Below are positions 46,786-57,540 of a stretch of 64,000 nucleotides of DNA, piece by piece. The stretch spans positions 205,134 to 269,133 of IMG/VR virus record IMGVR_UViG_3300042549_005931. One strand, written 5' to 3'. The notes beneath the pieces are model-generated. The model was given only the letters and a program-made list of their open reading frames with translations. It did not search any database and was not told where the DNA came from. Made by a program: the position numbers and the translations under genes. Each line of letters starts with the position of its first letter. Position 1 is the stretch's first letter.

Positions 46786-47721
46786 TTATTTAAGAAAGAA
46801 CTGATATCTATCCATTAACTTTTCCTTACTCGGAGCGAGCAAGTTACCATTTTTCTTCTTCTTAATCGTATCATAATTAATGAAACAATCAAAACCATAT
46901 AAAATGGCCGATACAAGTGGTTTGGCATTTGCGTAACTCAATGAGGTCCAAATAAGTGACAATTCCTCATAAAGAACATTAAATACATAATGAACCCCAT
47001 CCATCTCAACATCATTGTTAACCGTGGTATATCCATTACGATACATCTTAATTAATTGATGAACCATTGGGTTATTAATACCATATTTTTTGGTAATTAA
47101 TAACAAGGTAACCAAGACAGCTCCCGACATACGTTTAAACGTATCCAAGTTTTGTGAATCAATGAATTGTAACTCATCCCAAAAATAATCCAACAACAAC
47201 TCAAAATCCACCTTCTGTAATAAGACACCATTCTCATTGTGAGCATAATATCCGGCAAACTCCAATGCTATCTTGTATTTCCCCTGTCTGAAAATCTTGC
47301 TGACCGGTTCAAACTCTCTCTCACGATGAAGACCGGTAATCTTCTCATTGGACTTCTCGGCCGATACCTGATTGTCAATACTACCATATAATCTCTTGGT
47401 CTCCCCCTCATCATCACACTCATATATGGTGATGTCCATCGGAAACGGTGGAATTAAATCCGGTCGTCTTTTATACACCTCTGTACGTGTATTACCATCC
47501 AACAAGAACATATCACCAACTTTATACTTCCCAAAATTTTTCACCGCAAGACCCACCTTAAACTCTGATTGAGTTGGTGTATATGACTCCTCCAAAATTT
47601 TTGTTACCTTAGGTACACGAGGAAGAACATCACGATTACGATTGTATGGTTTAATCGAACTAACCTTGTCAAATGACCACTCTGTTTTAGTTGTTTTGTA
47701 CTTTTTGAAATTCGGTTTCAT
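46786..47721 (-). CDS. hypothetical protein, possible ParB-like N-terminus
   Basis: FLLDGNTR motif. Confidence 0.6.
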   Translation of the reverse strand: MKPNFKKYKTTKTEWSFDKVSSIKPYNRNRDVLPRVPKVTKILEESYTPTQSEFKVGLAVKNFGKYKVGDMFLLDGNTRTEVYKRRPDLIPPFPMDITIYECDDEGETKRLYGSIDNQVSAEKSNEKITGLHREREFEPVSKIFRQGKYKIALEFAGYYAHNENGVLLQKVDFELLLDYFWDELQFIDSQNLDTFKRMSGAVLVTLLLITKKYGINNPMVHQLIKMYRNGYTTVNNDVEMDGVHYVFNVLYEELSLIWTSLSYANAKPLVSAILYGFDCFINYDTIKKKKNGNLLAPSKEKLMDRYQFFLK

Positions 47722-47722
47722 A

Positions 47723-48643
47723 TTATTTTTCTTTTATTAGTTGAACGTTAAATTTTGTTTTTTCATTAATCATACGAATTGTTAATAAAGTATCACGTAG
47801 TGAAAACTTTGGATTGAAGTAGTACCCGTTACCAATGTACTCATGACACGGCTTCATCTCCTTACCCAATTGTGACCTCCATATTATACCCTCCAATTTT
47901 TTAGGACCAATCTCCTTAACCAACCGAAACATACTATCCTTGTTATTCTTACCCTTAATGTGTTTCCCCCTATATACGAAAGATACTGTGGACGCTTTTT
48001 CACGTTGAGTCTTAATGTCCACCACAATTGGTTGCTCAATAACAGATACCGGTACTTCAATCACCTTATTACAAGACTCAATAAATTTCAATACATGCTT
48101 ATATGATGTACCCTCCAATAAATTGTGTTCTTTAAAGTAGAAATTAACATCTTCCTGTTTAATACTCACAGACATACCAACCTTATCATTGTTCATGTTG
48201 GATAACTTCGTACCATTTTGATAACTCAACTTTAATGATTGATTATTTGTAATAACATCCTTATTCACACAATAATACTTGGCCTTAAAGTTATCATTCG
48301 AATTAACAAAACATAAAATGAAATAATCAAATTTTTGCCACCCACGAATGTTACGAATACTGTAAGTACCCTGTTTACTGATAAATGAAATCTTTAACTC
48401 CGAGTATTTGGTTTTACCAATACGACAATCACCTAACTCTAATGCCGGTGATACCTCTACCATTCCATTATCGGAATCGTAACAAACCTTCTTCGGGAAT
48501 AATGACCCGTAAACGTTGGGTGTACATTTATATGATAAACCACAGATGAATTCATCCATCGGTAAATCATAATCAGACCCATCAACGTTGTTTGAAATGG
48601 ACTTACGTTCCTTCGCCATCTCAATGTAATGTTTTCTTTTCAT
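47723..48643 (-). CDS. hypothetical protein
   Basis: 306-aa ORF. Confidence 0.65.
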   Translation of the reverse strand: MKRKHYIEMAKERKSISNNVDGSDYDLPMDEFICGLSYKCTPNVYGSLFPKKVCYDSDNGMVEVSPALELGDCRIGKTKYSELKISFISKQGTYSIRNIRGWQKFDYFILCFVNSNDNFKAKYYCVNKDVITNNQSLKLSYQNGTKLSNMNNDKVGMSVSIKQEDVNFYFKEHNLLEGTSYKHVLKFIESCNKVIEVPVSVIEQPIVVDIKTQREKASTVSFVYRGKHIKGKNNKDSMFRLVKEIGPKKLEGIIWRSQLGKEMKPCHEYIGNGYYFNPKFSLRDTLLTIRMINEKTKFNVQLIKEK

Positions 48644-48834
48644 ATATTATTTTTTTTTGATGTCACAAAGATATACGGTTAATTTTTTCCCTCCAAACAA
48701 ATTGGTAAAAAAAATATTCGATTTTCTAAAAAAAAATTATTCGTGGAGGGGAAATATAATATACACAATTATTATATAATGTTCTATTGAGATGTATTGG
48801 ACGTTTATTAACTTTTTAAAGGTTCCTAATTTTT

Positions 48835-49035
48835 TTAAAATTTTCCGGAAATTTTTTTTTCCGATATGGGGGTATATTGGATATTACCGGATTTTTTCCG
48901 GAAAAATTTTCATCGAGGTATTGTCCCCCCTATATAGACCCCCCAAAAAACACTATATAAGGGGGGATACGGGGAGGGGGGTCCCCCCCACATAGGGTGT
49001 AGGGGGTATGTCACCCCGGTAACGTTCCCCCACAG
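48835..49035. other. G/C-homopolymer palindromic element at the strand switch (candidate terminus/pac/origin)
   Basis: TTTTCCGGAAA palindromes; CCCCCCTATATAG/CTATATAAGGGGGG inverted repeat; G-tracts. Confidence 0.55.
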
Positions 49036-49139
49036 TTTAGGGCGTCCTATTCTTCAGACTCTGTAAAAAAATATTACCTTACCTATTGTATATTAAATTG
49101 TAATCAGTTATATTTGTGTGTACCAAATGTAATAATGAA

Positions 49140-49247
49140 ATGAGAAATCAAAAAAAGAGAGATATCTCTCACGACCTTTCCCTCGATGTTATCGGTGTAA
49201 CTATCTTGGGTATGATTGTATGTATGTTCTTATCCTTAATCCTTTAA
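49140..49247 (+). CDS. 35-aa TM peptide
   Basis: MRNQKKRDISHDLSLDVIGVTILGMIVCMFLSLIL*. Confidence 0.55.
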   Translation: MRNQKKRDISHDLSLDVIGVTILGMIVCMFLSLIL

Positions 49248-49251
49248 TGTT

Positions 49252-49440
49252 ATGATGAATAGTTTAAAAAAATCTTTGTTGTTTGGTGGGGTAATCATAT
49301 CCTTTATTGGAATTTTATATCACGTTATCCAAATGATATCAACGAATGAGTTTGTTCATTTTGTATGTTTCTTTTTATGGATGGTTATTAGTGGTGGTCT
49401 TGTCCTATGGTTTGGTCACGAAGAAAATAAGTATTCTTAG
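49252..49440 (+). CDS. small 2-TM protein
   Basis: Two hydrophobic segments. Confidence 0.65.
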   Translation: MMNSLKKSLLFGGVIISFIGILYHVIQMISTNEFVHFVCFFLWMVISGGLVLWFGHEENKYS

Positions 49441-49480
49441 TTCGATTTTTTGTGTTTAATTTTTGTTGTTAGCGATTTTT

Positions 49481-49515
49481 AAAAATCCCTCGGTCTTATA
49501 GGTCGGGGGATTTTT
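49481..49515 (+). terminator. intrinsic terminator (near-copy at 51049-51081)
   Basis: AAAAATCCCTCG-GTCTTATAGGT-CGGGGGATTTTT. Confidence 0.75.
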
Positions 49516-49928
49516 GTTTAAGGAGAATTCTCTACAAGGTTGTAAAGGTGAAAAACTTACCGGGACAATATACCCCGGTAACATATTTTCAGGAACCTGT
49601 TGGTGAGGTCATCGGAACCTTCCGATAGTGTAACGGGAACCTTCCGTAAATTACTCAACCTGGTAATGTTTATCACCCGGACGACCGGTTAATAATTTCT
49701 CAAAAAAAATGTAACCTGGTAATGTTTTCGTGAAGAGAAAAAGTTTTTTCTGTTTTCATTTTTCAACCTGGTAATGTTTTTAAACAAAAGGGGACGTCTG
49801 GTTTTTTTCTTATTTAGAATGAATATAAATTTCATGGGGGTATTGTGTATTCAAGATAAAATCGTTATATTTGTTCACGGTTTTAAAGTAAACCTCAACA
49901 TCGGAAATGGTTCCGAGTTGTCACTCTA

Positions 49929-50237
49929 ATGTTTAATGTTATGGTCTATACCAAAGAAATTATCCAAGAGAAGTTGTCATCAGACATTCGTTGGATTGAG
50001 AGAGGTGTTCTTGTTTTGTTCGGTCGTCAAACCGAGGATGAGAAATCTTCACAAGTTACCAAGTGGGAAAATGGTCGTGGGTTCAATAGTTCAGATAGTC
50101 GTTATCTGACTTATGTTTCAAAGTACCTAATGGGTGGTCGTCATCTATCGGGTAGACATCTTGAAAAGGTGTCCTTGAAGTTACCAAAGTATTGGAAACA
50201 GATTCAAGAAGAAATTCAATTAAAGGGGGGTAGTTAA
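49929..50237 (+). CDS. early phage protein (RQTEDE...NGRGFN motif)
   Basis: 102-aa ORF; no Ala. Confidence 0.75.
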   Translation: MFNVMVYTKEIIQEKLSSDIRWIERGVLVLFGRQTEDEKSSQVTKWENGRGFNSSDSRYLTYVSKYLMGGRHLSGRHLEKVSLKLPKYWKQIQEEIQLKGGS

Positions 50238-50711
50238 CCCCTCTTTTTTTGTGTCTGAAGTGAAAACTTTACCGGGATGATAACTTATATGGTTTAAGGA
50301 ATTATCGTGTCTTAAATCAAAGATTCATCCTGGTAAAGTTTGTCTGGTTCTCATCTGGTTTTTTTTCTGTGTGTTTGGTAATGTATCCTGGTAAACTTTT
50401 GTTTATTTTCCGGTCCGGATGTAACCTTACATCTATTGGTAATACAACCTGGTAAAGTTTATGGGACGAGAAAAAAAATATCATAATATTCTTGTTTTAT
50501 ATACCGGTTTGCCCTACCTTTGTATTGTACCAAATGAGATAATGAAATGAAATAGTCGAAACACAAACTGACAAATAAAAAATAAAAGAAGGAGATGAGG
50601 TTGTTAAAGTTTACCGGGTTGAAAAAGCTTCACCGGTCAGGAACCCTCATAACTTTACCAGGATAAATCCGTCTAAGAAGAAAACAATCACACATTAAAT
50701 TTATAAAACGT

Positions 50712-51023
50712 ATGTATATTACCTTAACTAATTCAAAGTCAAAAAGAAAAACTATTATCAATTGGGGACAAGTTCATTCTTGTTATGAGTTGTTGGATAG
50801 AGAAACGAGAAGTAGAGTAACTAAGATTAACTTTAGTAAAGATAGTTACATCATTGTATCGGAGAAGTTGGAGGACATCCACAAACTATTAACGAAATTA
50901 AACTTTGGTTTATCCCAAGATGTTGAGTGGGATAGTGAACCGAATTTCGATGAGGTTATCGAAGATGAGTATAACACGAACCGTAGAGGAAATTACCGGG
51001 AACGTGATTACAATAGATTTTAG
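50712..51023 (+). CDS. early hypothetical protein (possible FlbD-like small beta domain)
   Basis: YITLT...IIN...TKINF...YIIVSE; no Ala. Confidence 0.6.
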   Translation: MYITLTNSKSKRKTIINWGQVHSCYELLDRETRSRVTKINFSKDSYIIVSEKLEDIHKLLTKLNFGLSQDVEWDSEPNFDEVIEDEYNTNRRGNYRERDYNRF

Positions 51024-51255
51024 ATTGTCAAAAGAGTAGTGTAGATTAAAAACCCTCAATCTTATAGGTTGGGGGTTTTTTGTCGCCTTTAGAAAAAAGG
51101 TGTATTACACTATGGGGGTATTGTATTACACATAAGGGTCGTATTACGTATCCCGGTAAAATAAGGTACCAGGTCCTGACGGTCATGGTCTTGAAAATAA
51201 ATTTATTATGGAGTGTTGTATATTAAGAGAATAGTGTTATATTTGTGAGAACAAA

Positions 51256-51585
51256 ATGATAAATGATATGAGAACTTTTTCAAGAACTTACTACACAGAG
51301 AAACTGAACATTACGATTAGAATAAAAAGAGATGAATTATGTTCGATGGGTTGTCGATTGACAATAAAAGATAGAATGAAAAGAGATTATTGGGGTATGG
51401 ATAGAATTGTTTATTCACAATTTTACAACGATAAGAAGATGTTTACAAAATATCGGAGACAAATGATTGAAACAAAAGTACCGGGAAAGGTGGTTAATGA
51501 AATCATTGACGATATTAAGATGAACCTTAGGTTTGAAAAAGTTGTGGTGTATCAACCAATCGAAACAAAAATGTTTTGGGATTAA
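51256..51585 (+). CDS. early hypothetical protein
   Basis: 109-aa ORF; no Ala. Confidence 0.7.
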   Translation: MINDMRTFSRTYYTEKLNITIRIKRDELCSMGCRLTIKDRMKRDYWGMDRIVYSQFYNDKKMFTKYRRQMIETKVPGKVVNEIIDDIKMNLRFEKVVVYQPIETKMFWD

Positions 51586-51741
51586 TTACCGGGATTTTAT
51601 CCCGTATGAGGTTATCCCGGTAAATTAATGAACCGGGTCCTGACCCGGTCATGGTTGTTATTTAGAATCATTATAAATTTCATTGGGGTATTGTATATTA
51701 AATTAAAAGAGTTATATTTGTATCAATTAAATGATAATGAT

Positions 51742-52551
51742 ATGAAACTAAATGACAAATCCTTAATTAATGTATTGGACAGTAAAGGGTTCAAAGAACA
51801 CCATTTATCGTGGACACAAAAAAATGTTGAGTATTTTTTTACTCACTATGATAAGTTCATGGAAAAATATGGTGATGATAATATTTTTGAGAATTTTTCT
51901 TGTAAAGAGTATTTTTATTCACAAAAAGTTACAAGAAGATTAATTTTTTCAAAAAAGTCTTTGAGTAATTTGGATAACTACCAAGTACCAAAAGAAATAA
52001 GAGTGGAAGTATTAAGAACATTACCTAATCGAGTGGACTTGATACAATTAAATAATGATGAAGTAGTAAAGTATGTAAAAACCGATAAAATGGTTTGTGT
52101 TACTTTTAATATCGAAGATAACCATACTAATGAAATCAAAACGTTTTTCTTTTCAATCAATTTAGAAACGGGTTATGTTTCGTATGATAATTACGATTAT
52201 CAAACTAATAGAGAGATTGAGTTTAATGAAATGAAAGAAAAGTATTACAACAAGTTTATGGTTGTGGTTACTTATTTGGAATTAACCCCCGTTACTTATT
52301 CAATCATTGAGGGTCAAAGAAGTTACGGAACAAAGAAAGAAGATAAGGTAAAGAACGAAACAAATAAACGTTTCATTATGGTAAAAACTAATTGGAACGT
52401 GGAAACAATTAGTCTATTCGATATTCATGTTCGAGGTCATTGGAGATTACAACCTCACGGAGTAGGTCGTTCACAATACAAGTACATCTACATTCAACCT
52501 TTTGAAAAAGGTATTACAAGAAGATTATCACAAAGAGAGTTGGTTTCGTAA
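51742..52551 (+). CDS. early protein with C-terminal VRGHWR motif
   Basis: Restarted at MKLNDK; 269 aa; no Ala. Confidence 0.75.
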   Translation: MKLNDKSLINVLDSKGFKEHHLSWTQKNVEYFFTHYDKFMEKYGDDNIFENFSCKEYFYSQKVTRRLIFSKKSLSNLDNYQVPKEIRVEVLRTLPNRVDLIQLNNDEVVKYVKTDKMVCVTFNIEDNHTNEIKTFFFSINLETGYVSYDNYDYQTNREIEFNEMKEKYYNKFMVVVTYLELTPVTYSIIEGQRSYGTKKEDKVKNETNKRFIMVKTNWNVETISLFDIHVRGHWRLQPHGVGRSQYKYIYIQPFEKGITRRLSQRELVS

Positions 52552-52736
52552 CCAACTTTTTTTTTGTCCTGAGATGGAACAATTTACCGGGATGTTCTAA
52601 AAGTATTACGTCCCGGTAAACTAATTACCTGAGACTCATCTCAAGTTGGTCAAAAAAAAATTAAATTATTTTTTCATATTGTGTTGTATATTAATTTATT
52701 ATGACTTATATTTGTTCACACAAAACAAATAATGAA

Positions 52737-52940
52737 ATGGAAAAAGTTAATGTAGTCCAAACAAGGTACAAGAATCTCACTAATGGTATGAGAGGTACGT
52801 TCAAATTATCCGATGGTACACAAACCAAATTCGAGGTATTCGACAATGGGGAAGTGAAACAAACGGGTACAACCGAAGCTAATCTGTCGGTAACATTCCC
52901 ACACTTAATTGAGTTAGTTCACTTTTTCACCAACCAATAA
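52737..52940 (+). CDS. early hypothetical protein
   Basis: Restarted at MEKVNV. Confidence 0.65.
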   Translation: MEKVNVVQTRYKNLTNGMRGTFKLSDGTQTKFEVFDNGEVKQTGTTEANLSVTFPHLIELVHFFTNQ

Positions 52941-53033
52941 AAATGAAAAGTTTACCGGGGTGGTTAATAGAATTCATAGAATTCCTATTACTCTTATGTG
53001 TATTTATATCTTATTCAGTTAAACTTATCTATA

Positions 53034-53222
53034 ATGGAAAAGACACAACTAATCGGTAAGAGAATCCGAATCAATCACATGGACGACATGTTACCCGTAC
53101 CTGATGGGACAGAAGGGATAATTACCGGGATTGACGACATCGGACAAATACAAGTGAAATGGGATAATGGAAGTACCTTATCCGTAATAGATGATATTGA
53201 TGACTACGAAATCTTAAACTAA
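53034..53222 (+). CDS. DUF4314-like protein
   Basis: GTEGIITGIDDIGQIQVKWDNGSTL. Confidence 0.8.
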   Translation: MEKTQLIGKRIRINHMDDMLPVPDGTEGIITGIDDIGQIQVKWDNGSTLSVIDDIDDYEILN

Positions 53223-53395
53223 TGAACGAACAATTTGTAAAATACATAATGGATATGTTAGAAACTTATCCACAACATAGAAACGATATTCGAGATTTGT
53301 TCAGACTTTGTAAGGACGAAATTAGGGAGGGTGGTTCCCCACAACACGAAATGGACTTATGTCGTAATGACATTGAGGAGTTGGTGAAGGGTTAG
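53222..53395 (+). CDS. 57-aa early protein
   Basis: TAATG overlap; MNEQFVKYIM...ELVKG*. Confidence 0.65.
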   Translation: MNEQFVKYIMDMLETYPQHRNDIRDLFRLCKDEIREGGSPQHEMDLCRNDIEELVKG

Positions 53396-53558
53396 AAAGT
53401 TTACCGGGATAAAGTCTGTATTACTTGTCCCTATCGTATTACATCCTGGTAATATTTTTCCCATCTCCTCGATGAGTGGAGTAAAAAAAATATATCATAT
53501 AATACTTGTTAATATTATAATTGTTTTATAATTTTACTAAACAAAAAATGATATTATA

Positions 53559-54056
53559 ATGAAAAAAAATCAATTAAAAGGTATTTTTACTGAATTAAAT
53601 GAAACTATCACACGTAAGAGTGCATTTAATTCTTTTATTGAAACGGAGAACATTTCAACCGATGTTACTTTGGAAATGTCAAGAATTGGTCTCATTCGTA
53701 AAAATGCATATAAACAATTACAAGAATTAAAAACTGATTATATCAATCTGATTAACGACAAGAAGGTTAAAGAATTGTTTGAGAAGTTTGAGAAGTTAGA
53801 AACTGCAATTGTCCAACATAGAAGTATATTAGCGACAGAAGTTAAATTGGGTTTAATAAATCAAAAGAGAGGTAGAAGTGAAACAAGTTACGTAATTGCT
53901 CGAGCACCCTTCTATCACCCAAACAAAGTGAAATCAGAAATTTCTGTGTATTTAGGTAAGACCGAAATTTTAGGTAATGATTTGGTAAAGTTATCCAATG
54001 ACAATGAGTTTATGAAGAGAGCTGAATTAGAATTGGTTTCATCAATGTTGCGTTAA
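53559..54056 (+). CDS. hypothetical protein, compositional outlier
   Basis: 165 aa with 7 Ala, unlike its neighbours. Confidence 0.7.
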   Translation: MKKNQLKGIFTELNETITRKSAFNSFIETENISTDVTLEMSRIGLIRKNAYKQLQELKTDYINLINDKKVKELFEKFEKLETAIVQHRSILATEVKLGLINQKRGRSETSYVIARAPFYHPNKVKSEISVYLGKTEILGNDLVKLSNDNEFMKRAELELVSSMLR

Positions 54057-54271
54057 AGATATTGACAATAAAACTTTACCGGGACAACGTCCCAATATAG
54101 TTACATCCTGGTAAAGTATTTGGTGTCGTTACATCAGTCGGTTCTTCCTTATTTAGAATGATTATAAATTTCATTAAAGTATAAAAATATTTTAGGTTAT
54201 ATTAGTATAAGTCGTATTAAATGACGACCTTTGTTAAGTCGATAATGACACAGAACCTTAAAAGTTTTAAA

Positions 54272-54829
54272 ATGGAAACTTTAATGAATGAGAATGGTGT
54301 AATCACCAAAAATGATTTGGTCTTAATTACTAAGACACAAATGTTAGGTCTGTTTTTGGGAGTAACAAAACCCGAAATGATTAACTTGATAACGGAAACC
54401 AATGTAAAAACCAACAAAACGGGTAACCCCTATTACAAACAACTTGTGAAGAAGTCGAAGTGTAACTATTTGTTATGTTCGGATTATACTACAAGGGTAA
54501 ATAATAACCGAGTTAAAGAGGGTAAAGAAACGGATTTTGTTTCAGAAAAGTCAAGTGGTAAATTTCATATTTCCCCTTGTGTATTGATGGATGAAAAAAC
54601 ACAAACAAAACACTACCTAATGGTGGAGAGGTTTGTGGAGGTTAAACCAAAGGTTCAGTATTTTTTTAATGAAGAACCGATTGAGTTTGATATGTTCAAA
54701 CAATTCTTATCACCAATTAGTGAAAACAAATCACAAGGGTTGGATAGGAAAGTAATTGTAAATACTCCTTTGTTCGATTCGATTGTAGGATTCACTTTCA
54801 GAGGTCGTAAGTATAGTGTAATTGAGTAG
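54272..54829 (+). CDS. early hypothetical protein
   Basis: Restarted at METLMNE; no Ala. Confidence 0.72.
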   Translation: METLMNENGVITKNDLVLITKTQMLGLFLGVTKPEMINLITETNVKTNKTGNPYYKQLVKKSKCNYLLCSDYTTRVNNNRVKEGKETDFVSEKSSGKFHISPCVLMDEKTQTKHYLMVERFVEVKPKVQYFFNEEPIEFDMFKQFLSPISENKSQGLDRKVIVNTPLFDSIVGFTFRGRKYSVIE

Positions 54830-54856
54830 TTCGTTTTTTTCATAGTTTGGTGGTTA

Positions 54857-54888
54857 AAAGGGTAGGACAATGTTCTACCTTTTTTTTT
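54857..54888 (+). terminator. shared cassette terminator (near-copies at 56174, 57253, 60884)
   Basis: AAAAGGGTAGGACAATGTTCTACCTTTTTTTT. Confidence 0.8.
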
Positions 54889-55090
54889 GTCTGATGTTCT
54901 GAGATGGTAAAAGTTTACCGGGATAAGTTAAGTATTACACGGGGGACGAAGAAGACTGGAAAACTTTACCAGGATGGATTTGTCCCGGTAAATTTCCTAC
55001 CTGTCGTTACTGTGTCAGGATTTGTCAAAAAAAATTAAATCTTTTTTGGTATAAGTGTTGGAATTGTAATACCTATTTTGTAATTTAGAT

Positions 55091-55450
55091 ATGTCAAATA
55101 AAAACAATGATATGAATACGAAAACCGTTTACAATGTAATGAGAGGAATTGAACCTTTCACACAAAGAGAATTTGATGTTCACCAAACATTAAAAGTTCT
55201 AACCCACAACAAACTTATTTGGATAACGTGGGGAGTCAATCTTCGAAGTATCTGTGGACTTGAACGTAAGTGTCTTGTCTTCAAACCCAACGGACAATAT
55301 TTTAAAGACTTTGTCTGTGTAACTCTTGGATGGGATGATGTTTACCAGGTTCATTTTATGAACGACAAGTACAAAGTCGTTAAGTCAATTGAAGGTGTGT
55401 ACTTTGATATGTTGGTGGATGTGATTGACGGATACATTGAAACTCGATAA
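55091..55450 (+). CDS. early hypothetical protein
   Basis: 119-aa ORF; no Ala. Confidence 0.72.
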   Translation: MSNKNNDMNTKTVYNVMRGIEPFTQREFDVHQTLKVLTHNKLIWITWGVNLRSICGLERKCLVFKPNGQYFKDFVCVTLGWDDVYQVHFMNDKYKVVKSIEGVYFDMLVDVIDGYIETR

Positions 55451-55571
55451 TTTACCGGGAGGAGAAATCCTCCCGTTAACAAGAGCTACGGTACCAAACT
55501 TTACCGGGATAAAAATAAGTTTTGTAAAATGAAATTAATGTTATATCTTTGTAACCCAAACAAATGACACA

Positions 55572-56153
55572 ATGAATATTAGAGAAGAAAGAATTGACAA
55601 TTACATTTTGAGATTATTTTATGATGAGAGTCCGACGAATCCTCGAGAGGACTACAATCTTACCAGGATGGTGTGTTTCCACAAGAGATACGACTTGGGG
55701 GATAGTCACGACTACAAACACGATGACTACGATAGTTGGGATGAGATGGAGAAGAACATTACCAGGATGGAGAACCCTATTGTTATCAAACCCTTGTATA
55801 TGTACGAACATGGTGGAGTTACTATTAAGACAAGTCCGTTTGGTGATAGATGGGATAGTGGTCAAATTGGTTTTGTCTTTATCCGTAAGGATGATGTACG
55901 GAATGAATTCTCAATCAAGAGATGTGGTCAGAACATGGTGGAGAGATGTGATGTATTACTTGAAGGGGAGGTTGACGTGTATGACAAGTACCTACAAGGA
56001 CAAGTATATGGGTATGAGATAGGTAAAATAAATGAAGATGGTCAGGAAGAAGGTTTAGAAAGATGTGGAGATTATCTTGATGAAGACCAATGTGTTCACG
56101 ATGGAATGGTATCATTGAATTGGTTTAAAGAAAATGAGAAAGTATTGGTTTAG
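55572..56153 (+). CDS. early acidic protein (LYMYEHGG...RWDSGQIG motif)
   Basis: 193-aa ORF; no Ala. Confidence 0.75.
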   Translation: MNIREERIDNYILRLFYDESPTNPREDYNLTRMVCFHKRYDLGDSHDYKHDDYDSWDEMEKNITRMENPIVIKPLYMYEHGGVTIKTSPFGDRWDSGQIGFVFIRKDDVRNEFSIKRCGQNMVERCDVLLEGEVDVYDKYLQGQVYGYEIGKINEDGQEEGLERCGDYLDEDQCVHDGMVSLNWFKENEKVLV

Positions 56154-56398
56154 GTTTTCCTTATTATTGTTTAAAAGGGTAGGACGATGTTCTACCTTTT
56201 TTTTTGTATTACACTTGAGGAGTCTGAAGTCAGGACCTGAACCAAAAGTTTACCGGGATGAGATGTATTACCCCGGTAAAGTTATGAGTCGGAGAAAAAT
56301 TATTTGGTCTTCCAAAAAATAATTAAATTAATTTTTGACAAGTAGTAGGATATTAACTTACTATCAGTTATATTTGTGAACATTTAAACAATAATGAT

Positions 56399-56644
56399 AT
56401 GTCAGTACAACAAAAAGAAATGATTGAAAAGTGGGACAAGGTTTCACAAGATGTTTTGAAAGGTAGAACTATTGTAGAAGTTCGTTACCTTAACGATGAG
56501 GAAATGGAAATGATGGGTTGGTATAATAGACCAATTTGTTTTTTCTTGGACAATGGTGTTAGTTGTATCCTATCATCTGATGATGAGGGGAACGATGGTG
56601 GAGTTTTATTCTACGGAGAAAATGGAGTGTTACCAACCCTTTAA
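56399..56644 (+). CDS. early hypothetical protein
   Basis: 81-aa ORF; no Ala. Confidence 0.72.
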   Translation: MSVQQKEMIEKWDKVSQDVLKGRTIVEVRYLNDEEMEMMGWYNRPICFFLDNGVSCILSSDDEGNDGGVLFYGENGVLPTL

Positions 56645-56655
56645 ACAATAATGTT

Positions 56656-56871
56656 ATGTTAATTACAAGAACAAGTCAGATTTCAAGAACCGATTTTACA
56701 ATGGAGTTGGATATTACCTACGACCAATTGGATAGGATTAATAATCGTTACGAGACCAAAGAACTCATTCAGAACATTGTACCAAACTTGTCGAAGGAGG
56801 AACGGGAGTTTTTAATTACCGGGATAACCCCAAAAGAATGGAATGAATTGTTTAACCCAATTGATGTGTAA
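56656..56871 (+). CDS. early hypothetical protein
   Basis: 71-aa ORF; no Ala. Confidence 0.72.
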   Translation: MLITRTSQISRTDFTMELDITYDQLDRINNRYETKELIQNIVPNLSKEEREFLITGITPKEWNELFNPIDV

Positions 56872-56872
56872 A

Positions 56873-57013
56873 ATGGAAGTTAAAATCGAAGACCTTATCA
56901 AATTACTTGAAGAACAAGTTAGTAAGGGAGTAACCAAAGTACAACTTAATGGTACTTTAATGTCCGAAGAGGATGGTAACTTAATTATTTTGTCCACCGA
57001 AAAACAAATGTAA
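56873..57013 (+). CDS. 46-aa early protein
   Basis: MEVKIEDLIKLLEEQ...; fills the gap in the operon. Confidence 0.65.
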   Translation: MEVKIEDLIKLLEEQVSKGVTKVQLNGTLMSEEDGNLIILSTEKQM

Positions 57014-57014
57014 A

Positions 57015-57230
57015 ATGAAAGTAGTATCAGTCCGTATTACAGAACAACCAAAAGACTTGTTCGACCCACTACCAAGAGTATTCGTAACAACCGAAGATGG
57101 TGTGGAACATTTCCTTTACCAATATTACCCCGATGAGATTAGTTTCACGGAGAGTGAGTTGATGGGATTAACATTAGAAGAGTGTGGTAGATTATATACC
57201 GAGAAAGATATTAGATATTTGAGGTCGTAG
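57015..57230 (+). CDS. early hypothetical protein
   Basis: 71-aa ORF; no Ala. Confidence 0.72.
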   Translation: MKVVSVRITEQPKDLFDPLPRVFVTTEDGVEHFLYQYYPDEISFTESELMGLTLEECGRLYTEKDIRYLRS

Positions 57231-57540
57231 TGGTTTTTTTGTTTGTGGTTATAAAAGGGTGGGACAATGTTCCACCTTTTTTTATGGACTGAAGTCAGGA
57301 ATCTTCTGAGATGGAAAAGTTTACCGGGATGGTGGAGTGTATTACGTCCTGGTAATGTTTGTCTGGCGCAGCTCTGGTCCATCAGGTTATTTATCCCGGT
57401 AAACTTATGAGTCACAGAAAAATTCTTGGATGTTCCAAAAAAAATAATTGTTTTTTTTTCATATAACATTTGTAATTGTAATATTAATTGACTAATTTAG
57501 TGTTGTAGATAATGGTATCTACATTAACCCCTTTAATGTT

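Noticed and set aside
11535-47572. Many short antisense ORFs nested in long genes (e.g. 11535, 12654, 13875, 21086, 22359, 40216)
   Set aside because: Shadow frames of well-supported genes on the opposite strand
48792-48995. 67-aa ORF across the G/C-tract element
   Set aside because: Low-complexity translation of palindromes and homopolymers
54655-54870. Antisense ORF with an A-rich start context after an early gene (similar context near 60865)
   Set aside because: Probably the T-rich tract preceding the shared terminator; no promoter or conserved product evident
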